64,000 nt of DNA from Calditrichales bacterium (GTDB lineage Bacteria > Calditrichota > Calditrichia > Calditrichales > J004): positions 2,496,001-2,560,000 of the forward strand of contig OZ254086.1 in assembly GCA_965267575.1 (NCBI GenBank), written 5' to 3'. The notes beneath the pieces are model-generated. The model saw nothing but the letters and a program-made list of their open reading frames with translations, did not search any database and was not told where the DNA came from. Made by a program: the position numbers and the translations under genes. Below are positions 29,458 through 38,203 of the stretch, piece after piece (positions within the stretch are counted from its first letter, which is position 1; each line of letters begins with the position of its first letter).

Positions 29458-30390
29458 CTAACCGACGATTTTCGCCGTCCCTTTATATTTGCCTTCGATG
29501 ATTGTTCCCGGCAGGAATTCATCCTCCAGTGCTTTGTAATCCTTAAGTCCAACGAAATCGGTGTATTCTTCAAAACTTGTCAACCACTGGGTTTGGCCGG
29601 GCAAAATACCCTCCGGCGCCTGACGCAAGGTTTTAAAGAAATTCAACAACGCCTTATGCATCACCATGATCGAGGCCACCGGAATGGAGACGCGGCCAAC
29701 ACCCATTTCGCGCAGTTCAGGGATAGGAATCAGCTCTGTTTTCATGCCGCTTACGGCATCCATCAGGTTAACGGAAAGCGGGCCGTTAACGCTATGCACG
29801 GCTTTTGCAACATCGGCTTTGGATTTAATACCGTCGATAAATACCAGGTCGGCGCCGGCATCAAGGTACATGTTGCAGCGGCGGATTGCTTCATCCAGGC
29901 CCAGCATGGCAAAGGAATCGGTACGCGCATTGATGATAAAATCGGGGTCAAGCTCATCACGCTTTTTTGCGCATGCTTTGATCTTCCCGGCCATCTCTTC
30001 GGCACTGATGACCTCTTTGCCGGCCATGTGGCCGCAACGCTTGGGGAACAGCTGGTCTTCGATGTTCATGCCGGCCACGCCCATTTCAATCAATTTGCCT
30101 GTAAGCACCATGGCGTTAACGGCGTTGCCGCCGCCGGTATCCATATCTGCCATCACCGGGATCTTTACCGCTTTGGCGATATTACCGGTGATGTCCAGAA
30201 TGTCTTTTATCTGCATCAGGCCCACATCGGGCTGGCCCAGATACGATCCGGCGATGCCATACCCTGAAACCTGAATAGCTTCAAAGCCGGCTGCTTCAAT
30301 AGCTTTTGCGCTGAATGCGTCATGCGCGCCGGGTACAACGACGGCGCGACGCTCCATAATCGAACTGCGCAGGATGGTTGATTTTTTCAT
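29458..30390 (-). CDS. Isocitrate lyase/PEP mutase superfamily lyase (PrpB/Dml-like)
   Basis: PGAHD, DMDTGGG, IEDQLFPKRCGH, INARTD. Confidence 0.9.
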   Translation of the reverse strand: MKKSTILRSSIMERRAVVVPGAHDAFSAKAIEAAGFEAIQVSGYGIAGSYLGQPDVGLMQIKDILDITGNIAKAVKIPVMADMDTGGGNAVNAMVLTGKLIEMGVAGMNIEDQLFPKRCGHMAGKEVISAEEMAGKIKACAKKRDELDPDFIINARTDSFAMLGLDEAIRRCNMYLDAGADLVFIDGIKSKADVAKAVHSVNGPLSVNLMDAVSGMKTELIPIPELREMGVGRVSIPVASIMVMHKALLNFFKTLRQAPEGILPGQTQWLTSFEEYTDFVGLKDYKALEDEFLPGTIIEGKYKGTAKIVG

Positions 30391-30496
30391 TTAATCGCTC
30401 CTTTGGAAACCATAGAGGTCCCGGAGTGGATTTACCGAGACCTCAGGGGATTCATATTATTTATTGATTGGTTTTTCTTTATTATTAAACGTTTGG

Positions 30497-31615
30497 CTAC
30501 AGCTTCTCCGCTATGGCGCGCGCCATGTCCAATGTTGTGGCGCTGCCGCCCATGTCGTATGTATGCACGTTGCCGTCCGCGATCACGCCGGCAACAGCCG
30601 CTTCCAAACGCTCGCCCATTTCGGTTTCACCCAGCCAGTCCAGCATCATTTTGGCCGCCAGGATTGTCGCAATCGGATTAACTTTGTATTGACCGGCATA
30701 TTTTGGCGCTGAGCCATGCGTGGGTTCAAACACTGCCAATTCTTTACCAATATTGCCGGAACAGCCAAAGCCCAGGCCGCCCACCATTTGCGCGCACAGG
30801 TCGGAAATAATATCACCGAACAGGTTGGGCGCCACCAGCACATCATAATTGAACGGGTTCTTCAGCAGCCACATGGTGATGGCATCCACATTGGCCTCAT
30901 CCATCGAGATTTGCGGAAAATCTTTGGCCACTTCTTTGCCGATTTCCAGGAATAAGCCGTCCGTTGCGCGCACCACGTTGGCTTTATGGACCACGGTAAC
31001 TTTTTTGCGTCCAAAGTCGCGGGCATATTCAAACGCCGCGCGGATAATGCGCTCGGAGCCTTTGCGCGTATTGATTTTGCAGGAAACGGCGTAGTCATCG
31101 CCGGATAGATCCTTGAAGGGCGAAAACGGCTTGGAAATTTTTTCCAGTGTATCAGACAGCTCTTTGGGCACGGGATTAAATTCCACGCCGCAGTAGAGGT
31201 CTTCGGTGTTTTCGCGGAAAACGACCAGGTCGATGTTTTCCTTGTAATTAAGCGGGCTGCCTGGGTATGCCTTGCAGGGCCGCAAGCAGGTGTACAAGTC
31301 AAACATCTGCCGCATGCGCACAATCGGCGAACGGTAGACCAGCCCTTTGCCCTGCAGTTCCGGTATTAATTCGCTGTTGGCTTCGCGCACCGGTTTGGAG
31401 GTAATGGCGCCAAACATGGCGGCATCCACATCGTGAAGCAGGTTAACAGTACGCAGCGGCAGGGCGTCCCCTTCGCTGCACCAGAACTCCCAGCCGATAT
31501 CACCGTGAATGTATTCGGCATCCAGTTCGAGTTTGTCTAAAACGATCTTGGCGGCATCCAGCACGTCCACGCCGATGCCATCGCCCGGTAACCAGGCAAT
31601 TTTATACTTGGCCAT
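30497..31615 (-). CDS. Beta-decarboxylating dehydrogenase, homoisocitrate-dehydrogenase-like
   Basis: GDGIG, YRSPIVRMR, RENTEDLY, NLFGDIISDL, EPTHGSAP. Confidence 0.88.
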   Translation of the reverse strand: MAKYKIAWLPGDGIGVDVLDAAKIVLDKLELDAEYIHGDIGWEFWCSEGDALPLRTVNLLHDVDAAMFGAITSKPVREANSELIPELQGKGLVYRSPIVRMRQMFDLYTCLRPCKAYPGSPLNYKENIDLVVFRENTEDLYCGVEFNPVPKELSDTLEKISKPFSPFKDLSGDDYAVSCKINTRKGSERIIRAAFEYARDFGRKKVTVVHKANVVRATDGLFLEIGKEVAKDFPQISMDEANVDAITMWLLKNPFNYDVLVAPNLFGDIISDLCAQMVGGLGFGCSGNIGKELAVFEPTHGSAPKYAGQYKVNPIATILAAKMMLDWLGETEMGERLEAAVAGVIADGNVHTYDMGGSATTLDMARAIAEKL

Positions 31616-31981
31616 AATAATCCTCTGAGATTGTAATGTGGTAAGTAACAGTTAAGAATAAATTACAGAAACGTATCCGTTTTTTACGTGCCGCCACTAA
31701 ATGGCGGTCACGGCATAGCGTACTCAACATCCATCCTGGAGTTGCCGGAATTTTTGCTGCGGGGAGGGCAGGCCGGCAGTTATTTGTAAATGGCCTGTAA
31801 CATCAAAAATCCCGTGGTTAAACCTTCCCGTAATTTAACAAAAATTTTCTGCGCAAAAAGCAAAAACGAGAATTTTTACACAAAAATCGTCCTTTGCTGT
31901 TATTTGCGGTAAACTAAACTAAAATCATATTTTGTTTGATCGCCTTTTCGGAAACAGCAAAGCAATAGCTTTAACAAAACA

Positions 31982-32539
31982 ATGGCCTTAAAGACACTAC
32001 CCACAATTGAAATTGACGACTGGTTATTGAGAGTCCTGTTCTACTCCGATGCACCCGCCATATACGAAATTTTTTCCGATCCACGGGTTACCCGTTACTG
32101 GGGACACGAGAGGCTGGAAAATGTGAAGCAGGCTGAAAAATTCATTCGCCAAACGCACGAAGGACTGGAGACGGAAAAGATGCTGGAATGGGGCATTGTC
32201 CATAAAGAAGACAACCGTGTCATCGGCGTCTGCTCATTTTGCGACTGGGACCGTTCCGCGCGTTCCGCGGAGATTGGTTTCGCTTTGCATCGCGGTTTGT
32301 GGGGTAAGGGTATTATGGGTCGCATTCTGCCGGAATTCATCCGCTTTGGATTTAAACAATATGACCTGCAGCGTTTAATAGCCGATGTTGATCCCCGAAA
32401 CCGCTCTTCCATAAGCCTTTTGGAAAAACTGGGCTTCAGGCTCATTTCCAAAGAAAAGGGCACTATGCTTGTGAACAATGAGCTGCAGGATTCGCATTAT
32501 TATGTTCTCCAACAGGATCAATTTGGTAGCCCGCTATGA
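31982..32539 (+). CDS. RimJ/RimL-family GNAT acetyltransferase
   Basis: AEIGFAL..WGKGI, NRSSISLLEKLGF. Confidence 0.88.
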   Translation: MALKTLPTIEIDDWLLRVLFYSDAPAIYEIFSDPRVTRYWGHERLENVKQAEKFIRQTHEGLETEKMLEWGIVHKEDNRVIGVCSFCDWDRSARSAEIGFALHRGLWGKGIMGRILPEFIRFGFKQYDLQRLIADVDPRNRSSISLLEKLGFRLISKEKGTMLVNNELQDSHYYVLQQDQFGSPL

Positions 32540-32880
32540 AGATCAATGTGAAAAGGGTTTATGAAGAATCAACCACGCAGGATTGTTTTCGTATTTTGGT
32601 AGACCGTGTCTGGCCGCGCGGCATGACCAAAGAGCAGGTTAATGCCGACCTGTGGCTGAAAGAGGCGGCCCCGTCGACAGAACTGAGAAAATGGTTCGAT
32701 CATGATCGAGCCAAATGGGACGAGTTTAAGAAGCGCTATTTTATGGAATTGGATCAGAAACGGGATGTGCTTAAAAAACTGGAACATGCAATGGAAGAAG
32801 GGCCGGTCACACTGCTTTTTTCCGCAAAGGATGTGGAATATAACCAGGCCGTTGCCTTGCGCGAATATTTATTGTCATAA
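32536..32880 (+). CDS. DUF488 (YeaO-like) protein
   Basis: KRVYE, LVDRVWPRG, APSTELRKWFDH. Confidence 0.9.
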   Translation: MKINVKRVYEESTTQDCFRILVDRVWPRGMTKEQVNADLWLKEAAPSTELRKWFDHDRAKWDEFKKRYFMELDQKRDVLKKLEHAMEEGPVTLLFSAKDVEYNQAVALREYLLS

Positions 32881-32917
32881 CAAAAGCACATTTTGCCGGA
32901 GGTTTCGCGGGCTGCAA

Positions 32918-33385
32918 TTACGCTGCAAAAAAGCGGTTTACACCATCTTCCACCGCCGGCGAAAGACCTTTACCCGGTTGAATCGTTTCCGGTTGGATGA
33001 CGAGAATCTTAATCCTTAGCTCTGGTTGTTCGTTAAGGAGATATTTGTTGATCAGTTCGATAGAATAGGCGTGCGTACTGATGTCTGTAGCCGCAATCTT
33101 TTCTTCCGGCAACCAGGAAACGGTACCCGGGATGCCGCCCCAAAAAGCAGCATCGATAAATACGACCACATCCGCTTTGCTGTTCAGTATCTCTGCAAGA
33201 TGGTTTTCCGGTGTAAGCCCCGCCTCGATAAAAACGGCGGTTTTAAAGAGTCGGCTTTTTTGCAATCGCTTTAGTAAAATAAGGCCGGCACCGTCATCCC
33301 CGCGATAGTAATTTCCCAGCCCGATAAAGACGATTTTTGAGGCCTTATAATGCTTTAAGCTGTCCACCATATCGCTAAAATTCAT
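32918..33385 (-). CDS. Hydrogenase maturation protease (HycI-like)
   Basis: GLGNYYRGDDGAG, TPEN, FIDAA, STH. Confidence 0.9.
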   Translation of the reverse strand: MNFSDMVDSLKHYKASKIVFIGLGNYYRGDDGAGLILLKRLQKSRLFKTAVFIEAGLTPENHLAEILNSKADVVVFIDAAFWGGIPGTVSWLPEEKIAATDISTHAYSIELINKYLLNEQPELRIKILVIQPETIQPGKGLSPAVEDGVNRFFAA

Positions 33386-33977
33386 CTGCGACAACCACCT
33401 TTTGGCGACATTTGGCGCAGGTGATCTTCATGTAATCTTCACGCCGTACGGTTTCCTTTGGCAGCGACGGCTCTGTTTCGAAGAATTCTTGCTGGAGCAT
33501 CATTATCAAAGTGGGGTGGGCGTATGCTTTGGCGCCGAGACGTTGGCGAACCCAATTGAGATGGTCTCTTGTGGCAACAACCTCATTGCAGATTTCACAG
33601 ACCAGCAGCTCTTTTTCCACACTTTCAAAATTCTCAGGGGCGTTCAGGTCCATCGTCGAAAGGCTGTGCAGCTTTGTCGGCGCGATACCGTCAACAGTGA
33701 TGCATTTTTCATGGCACTGCCCGCAGTGGATGCAGGAGTTATAATTCAAAAGGAGCTTGCGTGTTTTGTGTTCGCGATCGTCGATTACTTCTATGGCGCC
33801 GCTGGGGCAGACCTGCGCGCAGGTGCCGCAACCTACACAGATTTCCGGATTATAGCGCGGGAAGCCGCGGAACTCATCCAGCGGCTCGAAAGGTGTTTTG
33901 GGAAATTTGGTTGTATAAGGCGCTGTAAAAAATGAGGTTAACGCTTCTTTTATCTCTCGTAATTTAGGCAGATACAT
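33375..33977 (-). CDS. NuoI/HycF/MbhN-like [4Fe-4S] subunit
   Basis: FRGFP, CVGCGTCAQVCP, CIHCGQCHEKC, extra CEIC/CAKC. Confidence 0.9.
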   Translation of the reverse strand: MYLPKLREIKEALTSFFTAPYTTKFPKTPFEPLDEFRGFPRYNPEICVGCGTCAQVCPSGAIEVIDDREHKTRKLLLNYNSCIHCGQCHEKCITVDGIAPTKLHSLSTMDLNAPENFESVEKELLVCEICNEVVATRDHLNWVRQRLGAKAYAHPTLIMMLQQEFFETEPSLPKETVRREDYMKITCAKCRQKVVVADEF

Positions 33978-34002
33978 CTTTATTCTCCCTCTAATCCTTC
34001 AA

Positions 34003-34160
34003 ACATCATGATCATGATCGTGATCGTGCTCATGATCCTATTTCTTTAGTGGATTCCCGCCTTCGCAGGAATGACAATGAAGCTATTTTTCTATGCTTAG
34101 TATTGTCGTTTCTACATCGAGTTTTACGTTCTTTGCCATTCCCGGTTTGACCAGGAATCC
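34003..34160. repeat. GATCAT hexamer tract plus two REP-like palindromes inside hydrogenase cluster
   Basis: CATCATGATCATGATCGTGATCGTGCTCATGATCC; GGATTCCCGCCTTCGCAGGAATGAC (34051-34075); GCCATTCCCGGTTTGACCAGGAATCC (34135-34160). Confidence 0.75.
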
Positions 34161-34216
34161 ATATCAAAGCCGGATTGTCTTTGCTAACCAACGGACTCTC
34201 AGGCATGTCAGTGGCT

Positions 34217-34561
34217 TTATACTGTTTCTTTCTCTTCCTCTTCGTATTGGTCCACGATTGTCTTTTTGCTCAAGGCGATCCCGCTGCGATGGGCTGCGCG
34301 GGAAATGGCATGCGCCGCAACCGGTGACGTGAGAAAAACAAATATGATCCCCAGAACGGCTTTAAAACCAAAAGCTGAAAAACCTTTGATCAAAAAGACG
34401 CCAAGGAGTATGCCGGCCGTGCCGAACGTAACGCACTTCGTTGCCGCCTGCAGCCGGTTGTAGACATCCGGAAGACGCACCAGGCCCAGTACGCCAAAAA
34501 AATCAAAAGCGATTCCGATATAGATCAGGACCATGCCAATGGTAACGTTCAGATCAGTCAT
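34217..34561 (-). CDS. MrpG/MbhC-like antiporter subunit
   Basis: GLVRLPDVYNRLQAATK, TSPVAAHAISRAA. Confidence 0.9.
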   Translation of the reverse strand: MTDLNVTIGMVLIYIGIAFDFFGVLGLVRLPDVYNRLQAATKCVTFGTAGILLGVFLIKGFSAFGFKAVLGIIFVFLTSPVAAHAISRAAHRSGIALSKKTIVDQYEEEEKETV

Positions 34562-34892
34562 TAAGGTGCCTCCCTTCCAGTATCTTGGAAAACGCCAATG
34601 AGGCCACAAAACTGAGCAGCGCCCAGATCAGCGCCACATCCATAAAGAAATCTTTGTCATAAAAAAGGCCAACGATGGCCAGCATGCCGATGATCAGGAT
34701 ACCCAGTATTTCAACAGAAACGATGCGATCGGCCGCGCTAGGCCCAAAGATCACGCGGAACAAAACAAATAACGCGCAGAACAGGCTGACATTGATCAGC
34801 CTGAGCAGAATATCTCCTTCGAAAATGAAGAAATTGTAATAGAAAAACGCGGCTATAATAATCAGGCCGACGGTCCAGCTTAGATATCTCAT
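34554..34892 (-). CDS. MrpF/MbhB-like antiporter subunit
   Basis: RVIFGPSAADRIV, DVALIWALLSF. Confidence 0.88.
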   Translation of the reverse strand: MRYLSWTVGLIIIAAFFYYNFFIFEGDILLRLINVSLFCALFVLFRVIFGPSAADRIVSVEILGILIIGMLAIVGLFYDKDFFMDVALIWALLSFVASLAFSKILEGRHLND

Positions 34893-35389
34893 TCCAGCAC
34901 CTCCCTCAAAACCGGCTCAAAGCGGCCACCGATTTCCTTGCTGCTTGCCTCGATGCCGAAATCTTTTACATCAATACAGTGGATATAGAGTGCGCTCTTT
35001 GCCGGGTTGATGTCAACAGTTAATGTACCCGGCGTGAGCGTGATGGAGTTGGCCAGCATCATCAGGGCGGCGTCTTTGGTGAGCTTTGTATCGATTTTGA
35101 CAATCCCGGGCCGGATCGGCAAACCGGGGTGGATAACAATATAAGCCACGTGGATATTGGCTTTGAGCATTTCCCACAAAAACCGCAATAGGTACCATAC
35201 GCCATGGGCTATTCTTTTAAACAGCGGGTTTTTCTTTTTGGTCGTTATCAAAAGATGCCCGCCGATGATGGTGGCGATGGCCGCTACAGCTATCCCGGCA
35301 ATAAGCTCCTGGATATCGCTGATACCGGTGAGGGCAAACCAGGTGAGGAACGAAAGCACAAAAACAATTATCCGGCTTCGTGTTTTCAT
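34889..35389 (-). CDS. MrpE/MbhA-like antiporter subunit
   Basis: KANIHVA, PGIV, ANSITLTPGT. Confidence 0.9.
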   Translation of the reverse strand: MKTRSRIIVFVLSFLTWFALTGISDIQELIAGIAVAAIATIIGGHLLITTKKKNPLFKRIAHGVWYLLRFLWEMLKANIHVAYIVIHPGLPIRPGIVKIDTKLTKDAALMMLANSITLTPGTLTVDINPAKSALYIHCIDVKDFGIEASSKEIGGRFEPVLREVLE

Positions 35390-35390
35390 A

Positions 35391-36866
35391 TTATCTCCCT
35401 GTTATCAGTTGGATATAGTTGCTTTTGTTCAGTATGACGTCGGCAACAGGATCGAGCACGACTTCGCGCACACCGGGCAATACCAGCAGGCTGGTGAGCA
35501 GGCACAGGGCGGCCAGGCCTACCATCGCCGATTTCATGCGCCAGTCGATAACATTTTCCTTGGCATCCAGTGTCTTTTCTCCGCGGAAGCCGTAGCGCTG
35601 CACTTTCATGAAAGAGGCCAGGGTAAGAACGCTTCCGGCTACCGCCAGGAACGCATAGAGCGGTTCAGCGGCCTGGATGCAGGCGATGATAATGATCAGC
35701 TTGCTGAAAAATCCGTTGAATGGCGGTATGCCGGCAATCGAAAGCGACGCAATCATCGATGTGTTGGCGGTAACCGGCAGCGCTTTGCTCAGGTTGCCCA
35801 TGTGCTTCAGATCGCGTGTGCCCAGGGCCACCTCAACGGAGCCGGCGTTGAGAAAAAGCAATCCTTTAAAAAGGGCGTGGTTAAACAAATGGAACACCGC
35901 GCCGGCAATGCCCAGCGGGGTGGCTAAACCCATGCCCAGCAGAATGTAGCCGATCTGGCTGATGCTGTGATAGGCCAGCAGCCGTTTTAAATCCCACTGC
36001 GCAATGGCCATGACAACGCCAACGATAATCGAGATAGCGCCAAGGACCAGGAAAATACGCAAAAAGATTTCCGGCGCGCCCAGCACGTTGAAGAAAATGC
36101 GCATCAGCACGTATATCCCCAGCGCTTTTATCAGAACACCGGAGAGCATGGCCGAGATCGGGGCAGGCGCTGATGAGTGCGCGTCCGGCAGCCAGGCATG
36201 GAAAGGCATAGCCGCTGCCTTTAAGCCGAACCCGGCCATAAACAGGCCTCCCACCCAGTAGAGAATTACAGGGTTGGATTGTGCCAGCATTTCACCGATG
36301 TGGCCCATGCTTAGCGTGGACGTGGCGCTGTAGGTGACGGCGATACCGACTAAAACCAGTGTGGACGAGACGGCACCCATGACGGCATACTTAAAGGAAG
36401 CTTCAAATTCTTCGGCGCGGCTGCCGTAGGCCACCAGCGCAAAAGCGGCGATCAGCGCAATCTCCATAAAAACGAACAGGTTAAACAGGTCACCTGTGAG
36501 GATAACGCCATTCATGCCGGCGATAAGCAGCATAAAGAGCGCATAGTAACGCCAGTCCATTGCCAGGTGCCGGATGTACTGCACGGAAAAAAGCAACGAG
36601 GCCAGTGAGATGATGCCCACGGTGATCAGCATAAATGCCGAAAACGCGTCCAGTACAAGAGCGATACCCCAGGGCACTTCCCAGCCGCTCATCGAATAAG
36701 TGAGCGTTTCCCCGTTTAGTGAAAAGAAGCCAACCACGGAGAGTACGAGCAGCGCCAGCACCGCTATAAATGAAAGCCACACCGCTAATACATCTTTTTT
36801 GCCGGCAATAAGGGCAATAAGGAAAGCGGCCAGCAGCGGGATTATGACGAATCCGGGAAGTATCAT
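35391..36866 (-). CDS. MrpD/MbhH-like proton-translocating subunit
   Basis: TGDLFNLFVFME, PFHAWLPDAH, KRLLAYHSISQIG, GIPPFNGFFSK. Confidence 0.92.
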   Translation of the reverse strand: MILPGFVIIPLLAAFLIALIAGKKDVLAVWLSFIAVLALLVLSVVGFFSLNGETLTYSMSGWEVPWGIALVLDAFSAFMLITVGIISLASLLFSVQYIRHLAMDWRYYALFMLLIAGMNGVILTGDLFNLFVFMEIALIAAFALVAYGSRAEEFEASFKYAVMGAVSSTLVLVGIAVTYSATSTLSMGHIGEMLAQSNPVILYWVGGLFMAGFGLKAAAMPFHAWLPDAHSSAPAPISAMLSGVLIKALGIYVLMRIFFNVLGAPEIFLRIFLVLGAISIIVGVVMAIAQWDLKRLLAYHSISQIGYILLGMGLATPLGIAGAVFHLFNHALFKGLLFLNAGSVEVALGTRDLKHMGNLSKALPVTANTSMIASLSIAGIPPFNGFFSKLIIIIACIQAAEPLYAFLAVAGSVLTLASFMKVQRYGFRGEKTLDAKENVIDWRMKSAMVGLAALCLLTSLLVLPGVREVVLDPVADVILNKSNYIQLITGR

Positions 36867-37201
36867 CCTGACAGCCTCCTTATTTTTGTGATATCAAAGG
36901 TTTTGTATTTCTGGAAAACACGCACGGCAATGGCCACAAGCAGGGCGGTAATACCCAGCTCGATCACGATGGATGTGAGCACCAGCGCCTGCGGCAGCGG
37001 ATCCACCATGGCTACATTCTCCGCGCCCGGCGTAAGGATCGGGTAAACGGCGCCGGCGCGGTATGCGAACATGATCAGAAACAGGTTGGCCGAGTAGCCC
37101 ATGATGGTCAGCGAGAGAATGATCTTGATCAGGTCGCGTTTTGTGAGCACGCCGTATAGCCCGACCAGGAAAAGGGCAAAGCATAGCAGGTAAACCGTCA
37201 T
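36863..37201 (-). CDS. MrpC/MbhG-like antiporter subunit
   Basis: DPLPQALVLTSIVI. Confidence 0.92.
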   Translation of the reverse strand: MTVYLLCFALFLVGLYGVLTKRDLIKIILSLTIMGYSANLFLIMFAYRAGAVYPILTPGAENVAMVDPLPQALVLTSIVIELGITALLVAIAVRVFQKYKTFDITKIRRLSG

Positions 37202-37647
37202 GATCCTTCTCCTTTCTCCAGGCGCAGTTCGGAAAGCGCCCAGATCACCAGGAACAGTGAAACGCTCACTTTAATGCCGATAAAGATATTGAGCAGCGGC
37301 ATGGTGCCGGCGCTCAGCAGATGAAACAGCGAGCCGCGGTCCAGAAAATTCATCAGGAAAGCGCCGCCAAGGGCAATACCCAGAATCCCGATAATCAAAA
37401 ACAGCAAGATGGCCGACGCTTCGTATTCATGCAGGAAGTCAACGTTGAGCCAGGTGGCTGTATATTTTTTCCCGTAAGCCAGCATCACGCTTAAAAAGGC
37501 CAGCGCCAGGATTACGCCGCCGCCAAAACCGCCGCCGGGCGTAAGGTGGCCGTGCAAAACGATGTACATGCCATAGACGAGGATAATCCAGACCATGACG
37601 CGCGTAACCGTTTTAACAATCAGAGACATACCGTGTTTGTCATGCAT
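37198..37647 (-). CDS. MrpB/MbhF-like antiporter subunit
   Basis: HGHLTPGGGFGGG. Confidence 0.9.
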   Translation of the reverse strand: MHDKHGMSLIVKTVTRVMVWIILVYGMYIVLHGHLTPGGGFGGGVILALAFLSVMLAYGKKYTATWLNVDFLHEYEASAILLFLIIGILGIALGGAFLMNFLDRGSLFHLLSAGTMPLLNIFIGIKVSVSLFLVIWALSELRLEKGEGS

Positions 37648-38191
37648 GCGGCACCTCCTTTTTAACAATCTGCTTGCGGATGCGCAGTACGGTGAGGCTG
37701 CCGATTATCGCGGTAAACAGGATTGTTATTTCGCCCAGTGTGTCGTAGGCGCGATAGTCCAGGATGACGGCAGCGACGAGGTTGGCTGCGCCGGTTTCGG
37801 TTGCGCCAACCTGCAGGTAACGCGCCGAGGTTGTCAGCAGCGGATGGCCGAATTCCGGCAGCGCGCGGAAGACCGGTACGCTGAGCATAAATACGGCCAG
37901 CAGACAGATCAGCGTCACGCCGACCAGTATGCGGTTCACTTTTGAGACCGATTCCACGTGGTAGTTTTTTTTTACAAAGGCGATTACAAGGATGATCAGC
38001 GCGAAGATCTCAAAGACAAACTGCACGATGGCCAGATCCGGGGCCTGCAGAAAAAGGAAAGCGACGGACACGCCAAGCCCGACCACGCCAATGGAGATGA
38101 TCGCCGACAGTATATCGCGGATTTCCAGCGCCACAATCGACGCCAGGATCATAAAAGCCAGTATAAAGATAAGCCAGGTTTCAACAGGCAT
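37640..38191 (-). CDS. MbhD/MbhE-like fused subunit (DUF4040 + MrpB N-terminal part)
   Basis: LQAPDLAI, NLVAAVILDYRAYDTLGE. Confidence 0.88.
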   Translation of the reverse strand: MPVETWLIFILAFMILASIVALEIRDILSAIISIGVVGLGVSVAFLFLQAPDLAIVQFVFEIFALIILVIAFVKKNYHVESVSKVNRILVGVTLICLLAVFMLSVPVFRALPEFGHPLLTTSARYLQVGATETGAANLVAAVILDYRAYDTLGEITILFTAIIGSLTVLRIRKQIVKKEVPHA

Positions 38192-38203
38192 AGCTGCCTC
38201 CTT

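Noticed and set aside
31620..31860. Possible lysine riboswitch, T-box or attenuator before the dehydrogenase operon
   Set aside because: Only one GC hairpin (CCGCCA-CTAAA-TGGCGG); no conserved motifs or convincing leader peptide
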